A stretch of DNA of 64,000 nucleotides from Nitrosopumilus sp. Its GTDB lineage: Archaea; Thermoproteota; Nitrososphaeria; Nitrososphaerales; Nitrosopumilaceae. Location of the stretch: contig OZ241981.1 in the NCBI GenBank assembly GCA_965204345.1, positions 128,001 through 192,000 on the forward strand. Direction: 5' to 3'. Below the pieces are notes generated by a model. It saw only the letters and a list, made by a program, of their open reading frames with translations, was not told the DNA's origin and did no database searches. The position numbers were made by a program, and so were the translations under genes. Shown here in pieces: positions 8,579 to 19,036 of this stretch. Within the stretch, counting starts at the first letter, position 1; each line of letters opens with the position of its first letter.

Positions 8579-11500
8579 GTGATGGCGAATTTGCTTGTCC
8601 TTCTCCTAACAATCTTTGCAGTTATGGGAATCGGCCACGCATATGCACAGACATCTGAACTGTTTGTACCCTTGCCAGACAGTGAGCTAGAATCACTTGA
8701 TGCTTTTGAAGGGTATAACTTTGAATCAAAGATGGTAACAATAGATACGCAAATTTTCTCATCAGAACGTATAAGCATTACAATATTTGGCCAATCAACA
8801 ACCTTCACAAAAGACTCGGTAGAGCATTATGATGATGGCAACTACCTGTGGATAGGTTCCAATGATGATCAAGAGACTGCAATGTTTGAAATAAGCGGTA
8901 CAAAGGCAGTGGGAGTAATAGACACATTAAACAAAACGTTTCAGGTGTTTCCCGTAGAGGACACAACACATGAAGTGTATCTCATTGATCATTCCCAGTT
9001 TCCACCAGACACTGTTGTACCACCTGGTGCAAGTGGTGAACAATCCTTTGACAGAGATGAGATAGACCATTTAGTGGAATCATACATTGGAGGATTCAAG
9101 TACGATAGATTTACCGAAGAACTGGTCATAGACGTATTCATAGCCATAACTACTGATGCACTTACCGAATATGGTGATTTCGAACGGTTCATCTCAAACT
9201 TGGTAATACGTAACACAGATAGTACGTATGGATATAACGATATTCCAGTTGAACTCAACCTCGTAGATCGTGATATTGTAGAGGGATATACTGAGACTAA
9301 CAAGTTGAGCAAAGATCTTCGTAAATTCCAAACCTCTGATGAGGGCAACTTGGAAAGAATTCGTGTGTTAATAGAGGAGGAACAGGCAGATATTGCAATA
9401 ATGTTTGTTGCTGGTGATGGCGATAAACGTAAGGAAGGTGATTTGGATAACAAATGTTCTCTAACTGCACAACAGCTTGTTAGAAGTCCAAGTACAGCAT
9501 TTGCAGTGGTGGACATAAAATGTCTTGCTGCACACTCTGCAACCAACGCAATAGGGCGTATGCACGGGGCAGGATATGATATCGACATGGAAAGAAATCC
9601 AATTTTCAGTCATGGTCATGGGTATTATGATGCAGGCATTGCCAGTAGAACAATGATGGCATCAAGTGGTGGCAACTGTAATAATCCAATTACTCAGGCA
9701 GAAGAAACATGTAGGAGAGACAGAGCGTGGTCGGATCCATTCAGAAATTTCTTTGGTACAACCAACAGGGCAGGTGATGATGTCAGCTGGAATGCCAGAG
9801 TAATATTTGCAACAGCACCACACATTGCATCACTGCGAGGACCGGCACAGGCATACGAGGACACAAGACCCACGGGCTTTGTGACACTGCCTCAAAACAT
9901 ACCGCGGAGTGGAAGTCTGGATATTTCTGCAACGTTTAATGAGATTATAAGCCCCAATTTTCCGCTTGATGTCACTATCACAGACGGCTATACGTCAACT
10001 ACCGGAACGATGACCCGTACATCAGATACGACATTTGAATACTCGCATCTGCTTGATGGGGAAGATGGCACATTTTCAATACTGTTTTCAAATGCACGCG
10101 ATATATTTGGAAACCCTGTTGTAAGGACCCCTACCTCAGGAGGCACGGTGACACTTGATGCAAACAACATACCTCAAAGCCCAATATCAGGACCATTCAC
10201 TACCAATTTTAAAGATAATTTTCAAGGAGGGCTATCTCAATGGAAGCTTACAGGATACGGCAGACCAACAACAGCTACTCCTGATGAAGTCATATTCCCG
10301 GCAACAGATACAAATACTGCCAACAAAGTAATGTCATCTAATCAATGTAGCAGAATATGCATGTCCACAATACCTACTTTACTTGATACACGCCAACCAC
10401 TTACAATATCCTTTGATAGATTTGTAGACAAATCCATTAGACAGGACGATGGCCTTTATCTGGAATATTCTGTAGATGATGGAGCAACATGGACTACGCT
10501 TGCCGAATATACTAGCGACAACGACGAGGACACAGACGATTGGGAGCGAGAATACCTCTCTCTGGCAATACCTCAAAGCAGTGCAAAACTGCGTCTGCTA
10601 ATGGACGTATCTGAACGCAGAGGCTTTGTAGAAGTAGACAACTTTAAGGTATACAAGCCTACGCCTGCCGAACCTGACATCATTCTCAAACCCCATCTTG
10701 GCGCAGAGAGAACAAGCATATCATTTAGTTTGATGGAGCGAATTCCATTTAGGCTTGATGCCTCTGACTTTGAGATTAGCCATGGAACAATTATTTCGCT
10801 GTCTCATCGCGCAAACTCTGCTGCAGTAACGATGCGTGTTGCAGACATTCCATATGATACGCAAATTACTGTGACATATACGGGACCGAGCATTCTGATA
10901 AATAGAGCATATCTGAATTCGGGTACCAGCGGAGTGACAAACATAATATCAACGCCTGCTACTATGCCCGAAATAACTGCACCATCAGATAAGACAATAG
11001 AGGCAACTGGCATACTTACGCGTCTTACCGCAGAACAGCTTGGAACGCCAGAGGTAACTGGTAACAGACTCTTGCCTGTAACAAACAATGCGCCAAGGGA
11101 TTTCCCACTGGGTGATACGACAGTAAGATGGACTGTAACTGATGCCTCCCGAAACTTTGCAACAGACACTCAGGTTATAACCATACGGGATACGACTCCG
11201 CCGGTAATACAAAAACCTGCCAATATCCTAGTAGAGGCTGCCTCATCATTTACTGCAATACGGCTGACAAACCCCGCAATATCAGATATCTTTCCTGTTG
11301 CCATAACTAACAACGCACCTGACAGGTTTCCCATTGGCACTACAACAGTTACATGGATTGCCACTGATACGTCAGGCAACTCAGTTAGTATGACCCAAGA
11401 TGTCACAATACGGGATACCATGCCGCCACAGCTTGGCACCATACGTGATATGACATTTGAGGCAACAGGTGTATTGACTCCGCTAAATAGTGCAGACTAT

Positions 11501-13603
11501 GGCATCCCATCTGCAACGGATTTGTCTGATGTTACCATAACAAACAACGCACCTGCATCATTCCCACTAGGCAATACCATAATCACCTGGACTGCAACTG
11601 ATGAATCAGGCAATACATCTACAATAACTAGCACAATAACCATCGAAGATACCACTCCTCCCACAATAGCACAGCCTGCACCAATAACTGTGGATGCCAC
11701 AGCAGTACTTACACCCGTATCAATAAGCGCGCCAGCTGCAACTGACATAGTGGATTCAGACGTTGTTGTTGTAACTACCAGTAATACTGCATCATTTGCC
11801 GTTGGAACACACAACATTGTATGGACTGCAACTGATGATTCAGGAAATACTGCAACTCTCACACAGACGGTGACTGTCCGAGATAGGAATCCTCCGACAT
11901 TTACGCACACGCCGTCTGATATCCTGCTGGTATCCCCTGACATGCAGGGAAGAACAGCCATGTTTGATCTGCCAACAGCCACAGATGCCGAAGATCCCAA
12001 CGTTACTGTGACATGCATACCATCACCATCATCATCACGCATATTCCCAGTCGGCTCTACTACCGTATCGTGCACTGCGCGTGACAGCTCCGGCAATACG
12101 GCAACTATATCCTTTAGTGTAATCATATCAAGAGCTGCTGACAGCCCTCCAAGCATTACGGCTCCTGCATCAAAGATAATCATCACGACAGATCAGAGCG
12201 TGGTTTTGCCACCTCAGGAGCTTGGCACACCCATAGTACAGGACGATATGGATTCTAATCCCGTCATAGCAAACAATGCACCTGCGGCATTCTCTCCTGG
12301 CATCACCAAGGTTGTATGGGTTGCCACTGACAGCTATGGAAACAACGCAACTGCAAACCAGTGGATAGTAATACATGATAACGTATCACCGGGCCTGACA
12401 TTATCTGCTGCAGTTACAATAGATACCACCCAGCAGATAACACCCTTTAACACAGGAGATACCCGGATTGCCCAATACCATGACAACCAGCTACTAGTAA
12501 ATCGCTCATCACCGCCAATCTTTCTTGACAATTACCTGCTTGAGCTAGGAGCCAACATCGTAGAATGGACCACAATAGACCCCAGCGGAAACATTGCACA
12601 GCTAAACCAAAATGTCACAGTCCAAAACAGTACGGCTGTTACTGCAAATCAGATATTCCACGATACCTTTGATGACTCGCTTGACTCTTGGATACAGCGT
12701 CACTATGTTCCACATGAAATTCAAGACGAGCAGTGTGATCCTGCTCCCACTAGCCTGTACGGTGCAAGGTACAGTGAGCAGTATGGCGGCTCGGCCCAGA
12801 TATACCGAGAGCATGACTGCGGGGTGTCTGCATCCATAATGTACAAGACAGTGGACATTGCAGATAAATTTGATAACCATAACTTTAGAATGGTCACAGA
12901 GCACATTCACATCTTAGATGATCCCCAATCACACATACTGTATGTTGCCATTGTCAGCAATACAGGACAGGTACTTGGCACTGCCAAGCTAGTAACCCAT
13001 GATTCAATAGACATAAGGGGCAATCACTGGCAGACCACAATTGTACAGAGTAACGGATTTGATGTGGATCGTTGTCCGTGTGTCATACAGCTGTACAGAT
13101 TTGACAGGGGTGATCAAGTGTTGCCGTTGTACACGCATATTGATAACGTACACCTTGCAATGACTAAACCTGCATCCTCTGGGGCATCTGGTGACAGTGA
13201 AATACCGGCAGACAAGCCAACAAATGTGCTTACAGTTGCAGAGTTGGAAAAGTTCATTGCCGAATCATTATACTATGACAGGATAATCATATCTGCAAAA
13301 TATGTTCAGGATGATGATAGTAACAACAACAGCATCGGCATAGGATGGGACGACATAGATGACAGTTATACGCATGACTATACCGTATCTGCATGGCCAG
13401 TATCCAATCCCGATGATATAACAACACACAGTGTCTTGGCATCTGATAATAATAACAATCTCCAACACATGTTTGCAGGACTAGAACCGGACACCCAATA
13501 CATGGTAACAGTACAGGTAACAGGGGATGATTCCACAAGGACAGGCATTACAATATCAACTAGTCAGGCAAATGCAGAAGATGGAGGTGCCAATACAAGT
13601 TGA
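8579..13603 (+). CDS. giant secreted protein: pro-domain, catalytically dead reprolysin/M12B-like domain, Ig-like, jelly-roll, HYR repeats, second jelly-roll, FN3-like
   Basis: IDVFIA..., ADIAIMFV, AFAVV...C, NAIGRMHGAGY in place of HExxHxxGxxH, RTMMA Met-turn; repeated FPxGxTxVxWTATDxSGN HYR motifs. Confidence 0.85.
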   Translation: MMANLLVLLLTIFAVMGIGHAYAQTSELFVPLPDSELESLDAFEGYNFESKMVTIDTQIFSSERISITIFGQSTTFTKDSVEHYDDGNYLWIGSNDDQETAMFEISGTKAVGVIDTLNKTFQVFPVEDTTHEVYLIDHSQFPPDTVVPPGASGEQSFDRDEIDHLVESYIGGFKYDRFTEELVIDVFIAITTDALTEYGDFERFISNLVIRNTDSTYGYNDIPVELNLVDRDIVEGYTETNKLSKDLRKFQTSDEGNLERIRVLIEEEQADIAIMFVAGDGDKRKEGDLDNKCSLTAQQLVRSPSTAFAVVDIKCLAAHSATNAIGRMHGAGYDIDMERNPIFSHGHGYYDAGIASRTMMASSGGNCNNPITQAEETCRRDRAWSDPFRNFFGTTNRAGDDVSWNARVIFATAPHIASLRGPAQAYEDTRPTGFVTLPQNIPRSGSLDISATFNEIISPNFPLDVTITDGYTSTTGTMTRTSDTTFEYSHLLDGEDGTFSILFSNARDIFGNPVVRTPTSGGTVTLDANNIPQSPISGPFTTNFKDNFQGGLSQWKLTGYGRPTTATPDEVIFPATDTNTANKVMSSNQCSRICMSTIPTLLDTRQPLTISFDRFVDKSIRQDDGLYLEYSVDDGATWTTLAEYTSDNDEDTDDWEREYLSLAIPQSSAKLRLLMDVSERRGFVEVDNFKVYKPTPAEPDIILKPHLGAERTSISFSLMERIPFRLDASDFEISHGTIISLSHRANSAAVTMRVADIPYDTQITVTYTGPSILINRAYLNSGTSGVTNIISTPATMPEITAPSDKTIEATGILTRLTAEQLGTPEVTGNRLLPVTNNAPRDFPLGDTTVRWTVTDASRNFATDTQVITIRDTTPPVIQKPANILVEAASSFTAIRLTNPAISDIFPVAITNNAPDRFPIGTTTVTWIATDTSGNSVSMTQDVTIRDTMPPQLGTIRDMTFEATGVLTPLNSADYGIPSATDLSDVTITNNAPASFPLGNTIITWTATDESGNTSTITSTITIEDTTPPTIAQPAPITVDATAVLTPVSISAPAATDIVDSDVVVVTTSNTASFAVGTHNIVWTATDDSGNTATLTQTVTVRDRNPPTFTHTPSDILLVSPDMQGRTAMFDLPTATDAEDPNVTVTCIPSPSSSRIFPVGSTTVSCTARDSSGNTATISFSVIISRAADSPPSITAPASKIIITTDQSVVLPPQELGTPIVQDDMDSNPVIANNAPAAFSPGITKVVWVATDSYGNNATANQWIVIHDNVSPGLTLSAAVTIDTTQQITPFNTGDTRIAQYHDNQLLVNRSSPPIFLDNYLLELGANIVEWTTIDPSGNIAQLNQNVTVQNSTAVTANQIFHDTFDDSLDSWIQRHYVPHEIQDEQCDPAPTSLYGARYSEQYGGSAQIYREHDCGVSASIMYKTVDIADKFDNHNFRMVTEHIHILDDPQSHILYVAIVSNTGQVLGTAKLVTHDSIDIRGNHWQTTIVQSNGFDVDRCPCVIQLYRFDRGDQVLPLYTHIDNVHLAMTKPASSGASGDSEIPADKPTNVLTVAELEKFIAESLYYDRIIISAKYVQDDDSNNNSIGIGWDDIDDSYTHDYTVSAWPVSNPDDITTHSVLASDNNNNLQHMFAGLEPDTQYMVTVQVTGDDSTRTGITISTSQANAEDGGANTS

Positions 13604-15696
13604 ACAGCAAATGGATACGGGTTCTAGCTTTAGTGGCAGTAATGGCCTCTGCAGGCATCCTGTTGCATTCTGCTGAATCCTTTGCTCAAAGCTCAACTGA
13701 CACAAACATGACCACTTCACGCATTACGGCACCGCCCGGACTAGTCCTAACAGCTACATCAAGTAACGGTATATCTCAAAGTAGTGTCAATCTTGGCTCG
13801 CCCACGCTGATTGGCAATCCTACACCAGCACCAGTCATAACTAACAACGCACCTGACATATTTCCAATAGGCGTAACCACCATTGTCTGGACTGCTACTG
13901 ATACTGCCGGAAATACTGCTTCTGCTGCCCAGCGAGTCATAGTCGAGGACAGGGTGGCACCCACCATAACTGCCCCGCCTAGTTATGCCCTTAATGCAGA
14001 TACTGAAACTGTCATACTGCATCAAGACCAGACAGGTTTTGCCATTGCGTCTGATAACATTGATGATACCCCCCTCATAACCAGTAATGTAGACGAGCGC
14101 CGCAGCATTGGAAACTCTACTGTATCATGGACTGTTACTGACACTGCCGGAAACACGGCTACTGCCATCCAGAAGATAGTCATAAAAAATGAAGAGCCCA
14201 TCAAACAAAGTACCACCATACTGCATGACACATTTGATAATAATACTGATCCCTGGAGAAATTGGGGAGCTCCACTATCCATATTCTCCTCACATGACTG
14301 CGTTAGAACAGACACCAACAGGCACAGCCTGGTACACAGCTCAGTTAACAACGGCTCTGCATACTTTGACTTTAACGGTGCATGCGGAGTCGGATATATT
14401 GGCATGCAGAGATATTTCCAGCTTGATGCCCCTGCAGACAATCACGACTTGGAGTTCTCATTTGACTATCTGCACACAGCAGACATTGCCGATTTTAGGG
14501 TGTACCTGATTGGGGATGGAAGTCCGTTTACTCCCTCTTATCCGACATACGTATGGGAGACCACGCAGGAACCCACAGTGGGAACAGAGTTTAACACGTT
14601 TACAGCCAGGGTACCACTGACTGATTTTAGTGAATGCCACTGCCGGTTACTCATATTTGGGTGGGCCCAATCCCCAGACAACTCTACATTCCATATTGAT
14701 AATGTCAAGGTAGTTACGATACCTGTGTCTGGCGGTGGCAGTGGTGCATCAGGTGCCATTGATACGTACACTCATGATTTGAGTACGGTTGAGATTCTTG
14801 ACATGCTGCATGATGGCAATCCAAATACTGTCCTGTTTACATCAAAGCAATATTCTTCATTGGATGGCACCATAACTGTATCATGGGAGGCAGGTGATGC
14901 CACACAGCTGGAACCATACAAAATAGTTATCGCCCCCGTATCTAATCCTGCTGATAAAACAACTGACATCGTAGATGCAGGCACACACAACTATACCTTT
15001 GAGAATCTCAAAGATGACACTGCATACTTTGTATCCGTAGGAGTAAGAGGAGATGACAATACACAAAGTACTATCCTTGTAAATACCGGGGATGAGCTAT
15101 TTGATAGCAATCTTGCGTTAAAGGCATCCCACATTGCAGGCTCTGATACCATAAGCATAGAGTGGTCTGACAGCAACGAAGTTGGTGATGACACATACCG
15201 TATGCAGAGACTGGATGGTGAGAATATAGTAGAGCAGTTTAGTGCTGGAAACGGAACTGTATCTGATACCATACGACCAGAATGGCTGGGTCAGGACATT
15301 TCATATAGAATATTTGAGCGGGTAGGCCAGCACAAGATATACTCTGACATAGTTACAATATCCATGCCATCTGCATTAGAGTCACCTGATAATTTTGGTG
15401 TCAGGGCAATTGAGACTGACCCTTCTCCCACGTCTGATGAGGGCATAATCAGCATACACCTAGGATGGGATCATGTGCCCCTGTTTAGAAATTACTTGGT
15501 AGAGACGTACAGTGCAGCAGACAATTCCTGGAGCAAGATAGAGAAGACCAGGCAAAACTCCATAGTATATGACATGCCTGCAGTCGAGCAGACCATAACC
15601 ATACCATTTAGAATAACGGTTCAGATGGGATCTGCTGCTCCTACAGAACCCGTCGAGATACGACACACCATATGGCTTGACTCACAGGCAAACTAG
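13600..15696 (+). CDS. secreted HYR x2 + jelly-roll + FN3-like protein
   Basis: signal peptide, WTATDTAGN repeats, YTFENLKDDTAYFVSV FN3 motif; 4-nt overlap with upstream gene. Confidence 0.85.
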   Translation: MNSKWIRVLALVAVMASAGILLHSAESFAQSSTDTNMTTSRITAPPGLVLTATSSNGISQSSVNLGSPTLIGNPTPAPVITNNAPDIFPIGVTTIVWTATDTAGNTASAAQRVIVEDRVAPTITAPPSYALNADTETVILHQDQTGFAIASDNIDDTPLITSNVDERRSIGNSTVSWTVTDTAGNTATAIQKIVIKNEEPIKQSTTILHDTFDNNTDPWRNWGAPLSIFSSHDCVRTDTNRHSLVHSSVNNGSAYFDFNGACGVGYIGMQRYFQLDAPADNHDLEFSFDYLHTADIADFRVYLIGDGSPFTPSYPTYVWETTQEPTVGTEFNTFTARVPLTDFSECHCRLLIFGWAQSPDNSTFHIDNVKVVTIPVSGGGSGASGAIDTYTHDLSTVEILDMLHDGNPNTVLFTSKQYSSLDGTITVSWEAGDATQLEPYKIVIAPVSNPADKTTDIVDAGTHNYTFENLKDDTAYFVSVGVRGDDNTQSTILVNTGDELFDSNLALKASHIAGSDTISIEWSDSNEVGDDTYRMQRLDGENIVEQFSAGNGTVSDTIRPEWLGQDISYRIFERVGQHKIYSDIVTISMPSALESPDNFGVRAIETDPSPTSDEGIISIHLGWDHVPLFRNYLVETYSAADNSWSKIEKTRQNSIVYDMPAVEQTITIPFRITVQMGSAAPTEPVEIRHTIWLDSQAN

Positions 15697-15750
15697 ATTT
15701 TATTTTAATCGTTAGGCTGAATTTATAATAATTACAGCATTGTGTTTGGA

Positions 15751-16090
15751 TTTGGCAAATTTTGGTGTTCATACATGAATCCCATATTTGACAGTCTCTG
15801 AATTGCACATCTTTGAGTTTTTTTGATGATTAGGTAATTTTTAAGAAAATCATCTCAGAATTTGCCATTAAATCACAGTGATAAGATAATCAAAATTTAC
15901 CAAATCCAAAGTCCAAAAACAAAAAGACAAATCTATGCCACTAACTAAATTCACAAAATATCAGACTGGAATCAACTAATACCTTCTGAATCTTTAAAAT
16001 GCTAAACTAGGAAAGAATCAAATCGACGGAATTTAGGTACAAAATTACTGATTTTAATAAACAAAGCAAGGTGAGACACACAATTAATTG
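15751..16090 (+). repeat. dispersed degenerate repeat (MITE/IS-remnant-like) copy
   Basis: tggcaaattttggtg...aaactaggaaagaatcaaa...aatttaggtacaaaa matches 54915-55210 and reverse complements at 33591, 36270, 44350, 56830. Confidence 0.7.
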
Positions 16091-16123
16091 AATGTATAAA
16101 TAGAATTCAAAAGTGAAAAATTT

Positions 16124-16270
16124 GTGCCAGTAGATCCTGTATGCGGAATTGAATTGGATGAAGATTTAGCCTTACTTTATGATCATAATGGGAAAAAATT
16201 TTATTTTTGCTGTAATGGATGCAGACGCATCTTTATCAAAAAACCGCGTAAATACAAAAACGGCGTCTAG
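16124..16270 (+). CDS. YHS/TRASH domain protein (48 aa; not in ORF track)
   Basis: GTG start; MPVDPVCGIELDEDLALLYDHNGKKFYFCCNGCRRIFIKKPRKY. Confidence 0.85.
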   Translation: MPVDPVCGIELDEDLALLYDHNGKKFYFCCNGCRRIFIKKPRKYKNGV

Positions 16271-17277
16271 ATGGGAAAAGCCCCGCACATTCTACAAAAT
16301 TTTGATTTGCCTGCACCGTGCTTGCAATATGAACAGATATCCCGGGTCTGTGAATCCACCGGCGTTCCAAAATATTTTTTAAATATTTCATAATAGTGCA
16401 TTGATTCCCTGCTTCTAATCACGACATTATCATTTTTTTCAACTGTCAGCTTTTTTTCTACAAATTTCTCCTCGTCAATTATGGAATTAAACAAACCTGT
16501 CAAACCTGACGTACCTGCGCCTTCTTGCATTGGGGATTTTTCTCTCCATGCTATTTGTTGCGGTATGTATTTTTCAAACGTCTTGCGCAGTATCCATTTT
16601 CCATATGTCCTTGTTTTTTCATCCCTGACTTTCAAACTGACTGGTATCTTCTTTGCCAACTCTACTGTTTTTTGGCTTAAAAATGGCGATTGGACCTTAA
16701 TTCCTAATGCCTTTCCAATCTCCTGTGTCGGGAAATGCATTATTGAGCATATCCTTTCAACCTCTTCTTCTAATTCTTTTTCTGGCTTATTTCTCAGAAA
16801 ATTATACCCTGCAAACAGCTCGTCTGCACCGTCGCCTGTGATGATTGATTTTTCCCCGCTGTCTTTTGCCCATTTAATTGCCAAATACATTACAACACTG
16901 TTTCTTATTTCAATGTCGTTGAAATTTTTCAAAATCTTTACTGTTTTCTCAACTGCTTCAAGAATCAGGGATGTACTGACATTGTAAATCTCTAATGGCA
17001 GCTGCATCTCTTTTGAGATCATTTGGCAATATGTCAGATCAGTCGAAACAAAGTCTTTTGCAATTATGGCAACTGACTTTGGATTTCTCTGCCTTAAAAA
17101 ATATGATATGATTGAACTATCCACACCACCTGACAATGAGATTAAGCTTGCCTCACACTGGCTACACGATTCTTCTAAAACATTGTATAGGCTCTTGGCT
17201 AGGTCTTCCAACGACTCTGATCTAGTTTTGAAATTAAAATATCTATGCCTGATATTTCTCTTAAGTGAGTATGGCAT
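16267..17277 (-). CDS. asparagine synthase C-terminal-domain protein (true start probably ~17211)
   Basis: LSGGVDSS, TGDGADELFAGY, KWILR motifs; C-terminal CxxC...CxxC. Confidence 0.85.
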   Translation of the reverse strand: MPYSLKRNIRHRYFNFKTRSESLEDLAKSLYNVLEESCSQCEASLISLSGGVDSSIISYFLRQRNPKSVAIIAKDFVSTDLTYCQMISKEMQLPLEIYNVSTSLILEAVEKTVKILKNFNDIEIRNSVVMYLAIKWAKDSGEKSIITGDGADELFAGYNFLRNKPEKELEEEVERICSIMHFPTQEIGKALGIKVQSPFLSQKTVELAKKIPVSLKVRDEKTRTYGKWILRKTFEKYIPQQIAWREKSPMQEGAGTSGLTGLFNSIIDEEKFVEKKLTVEKNDNVVIRSRESMHYYEIFKKYFGTPVDSQTRDICSYCKHGAGKSKFCRMCGAFPI

Positions 17278-17320
17278 CTTATTGCAAACTTTAAATTCTT
17301 AATGAATTCCTTGAGGAATT

Positions 17321-17737
17321 ATGCTACTGCCTGCCGAAATAGAATCTAAGACGCTGATTCCTGCATTGCGCGCCATTCTTGCTAAAAAGCTGGCCGAAGA
17401 TCATGATATTAGGGAAGATGAAATCTCAAAAATGCTTGGAGTCACCCAAGCTGCAATCAGCAACTACATTCGTGGCACACGCGGTGATCCTTCTTTGATT
17501 GCCAAGCTTTTAGCAGAAAAACAAGTTGCTGATATGATTGATGAGCTATCTGACAATCTTTCCTCTGATATGGCCTATACTCCGTCAAGCCTTTCTAAAT
17601 TTATCGGGCTATGTAACTATATCAAATCTAGTCTGCTAATCTGTGAGATACATCATAATTTAGAGTCTAATATTGATGAAAAAGTCTGTAAAGAATGTGA
17701 AAATATGCTTCTCAAGGGACCTGGAAGCGTCTATTAG
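17321..17737 (+). CDS. HTH transcriptional regulator
   Basis: ISKMLGVTQAAISNY HTH; C-terminal Cys/His cluster. Confidence 0.85.
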   Translation: MLLPAEIESKTLIPALRAILAKKLAEDHDIREDEISKMLGVTQAAISNYIRGTRGDPSLIAKLLAEKQVADMIDELSDNLSSDMAYTPSSLSKFIGLCNYIKSSLLICEIHHNLESNIDEKVCKECENMLLKGPGSVY

Positions 17738-18048
17738 ATTTTATTTAAGATAATCTCAATAGTTGATGTCATATTCCCAATTCCTGCAGCAGCTACTGTG
17801 TCTAGAGTAATTTTTCCGATTTTGGAATTCCCCTTTAGCATCTCCTCTGTGATTATGTTTGCAACTGCCACGGCATTTGGGATGGAGTTTCCTCTTGATT
17901 TTAGAATAATCTGATCCTTGTTTCCCAATGCGGATAAAACATCTAGTGCTAGTTGCATTACCGGATCATTTCCTATGTTGATTACTGTGTCTTCGGACTT
18001 GACGGCCTGCTCCTGACCTCCTTCTTGCTTTGTTTCTTCCATGAGCAT
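17734..18048 (-). CDS. Alba-family DNA/RNA-binding protein
   Basis: IGNDPVM, ILKSRGNSIPNAVAVA, STIEIIL. Confidence 0.85.
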   Translation of the reverse strand: MLMEETKQEGGQEQAVKSEDTVINIGNDPVMQLALDVLSALGNKDQIILKSRGNSIPNAVAVANIITEEMLKGNSKIGKITLDTVAAAGIGNMTSTIEIILNKI

Positions 18049-18099
18049 TGTCCAATAACTAGAAATTTTATGTTCTTTTAAGTTTTATCGACGATTAAT

Positions 18100-18594
18100 T
18101 CATTTCTCAAAGTAGTCAATTGGAATGTTTTGATAATCCCCATTTGGAAGCACCCTTCTAATTGTAATTGGGATTACTCTTTCGTCAAGCTCTTCCATTG
18201 ATATATCCAATGAAATTCTTGCGGTTTTTGGGATTGGGATAAACGGTGGTGCGCCTAGTGACAATTGCAGTGCCCTTGCTCCCATGATTCTTGCCTTTTC
18301 AAACCTGGTCAGTGTCGGAGGTCCGATTGTTATTTTTCCTTTTTCACACGGAATTTCTGTTGCATCATGCTCTACAATTTTTTCAACAACTTCTCTTGCC
18401 TCAATTTCCTTGATTTTTTTCTCTAGATTGTCCTGCTCTTTTTCAGTCAATGGCTCGGCTAGATCTTTTCTGTCAATTAGCTTTCGATAGGTGTCAAGTG
18501 CCTTGTTTAATCCCGCATTTTCTTCTGGTTCTGCATCTGCTGGCTCATCAGACTGTGAAGCTGCAATTAATTCTGGCTCTTTAACATCAGACAA
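18100..18594 (-). CDS. rpoK: RNA polymerase subunit K (Rpo6)
   Basis: LTRFEKARIMGARALQLSLGAP. Confidence 0.95.
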   Translation of the reverse strand: MSDVKEPELIAASQSDEPADAEPEENAGLNKALDTYRKLIDRKDLAEPLTEKEQDNLEKKIKEIEAREVVEKIVEHDATEIPCEKGKITIGPPTLTRFEKARIMGARALQLSLGAPPFIPIPKTARISLDISMEELDERVIPITIRRVLPNGDYQNIPIDYFEK

Positions 18595-18649
18595 GATATG
18601 CAGGTTTTCTTAAAAAACGTTATATAATCTAATCATTTTAAAGTACAAA

Positions 18650-19036
18650 TTGAGTGCAACATCCGTATCTAGAAAGCAGCTGGTTCTGGAAATTCGTGGA
18701 AAAACAAAAATCTCATGTGATCTAAAACGTCATTTATCCCCGCGTACCGTTGGGACTATAATGAGATCCCTGCCTTTGGAAGGCCATGCCCATCTCTTGG
18801 GAAAAAGCATTCTGTATTTTGAAACCGGTGTTGACTCGGGCATCGAGAGATCACGCTCAGAGTTTAAAAAAGGCGATGTCGCATTTTTACCCTCAACTGG
18901 AAGCATCTGTTTTTTTCTCAACGATGCTGTTTTTGCAAAGACCATGACTCCTATTGGAAGACTAGCTGGTAGTATTGATGCATTAAATGATGTAAAATCC
19001 GGAGATGTGTTTTGCATCTATGAGGAAGCTATTTGA
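18650..19036 (+). CDS. cyclophilin-like fold protein
   Basis: SPRTV..., LYFETGV, GDVAFLPSTGSICFF. Confidence 0.8.
   Translation: MSATSVSRKQLVLEIRGKTKISCDLKRHLSPRTVGTIMRSLPLEGHAHLLGKSILYFETGVDSGIERSRSEFKKGDVAFLPSTGSICFFLNDAVFAKTMTPIGRLAGSIDALNDVKSGDVFCIYEEAI

Larger units (their letters stand above)
3298..9062 (+). repeat. tandem array of 3 units (3298-5223, 5224-7146, 7147-9062), period 1926/1923 bp
   Basis: atagcacttctaatatagtatgccaaaaaaccaacaaaccaatgcgg recurs at 3298, 5224 and 7147; unit homology ends at gacagagatgaga (9062). Confidence 0.97.

Noticed and set aside
3298-9062. Diversity-generating retroelement explaining the variable loops
   Set aside because: Changes include indels and all base types, not adenine-specific; no reverse transcriptase or non-coding template repeat in the window.
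8989-15666. Long antisense ORFs opposite the giant genes (also 36635-44243 and 48881-49567)
   Set aside because: Shadow frames of real genes; no independent motifs.
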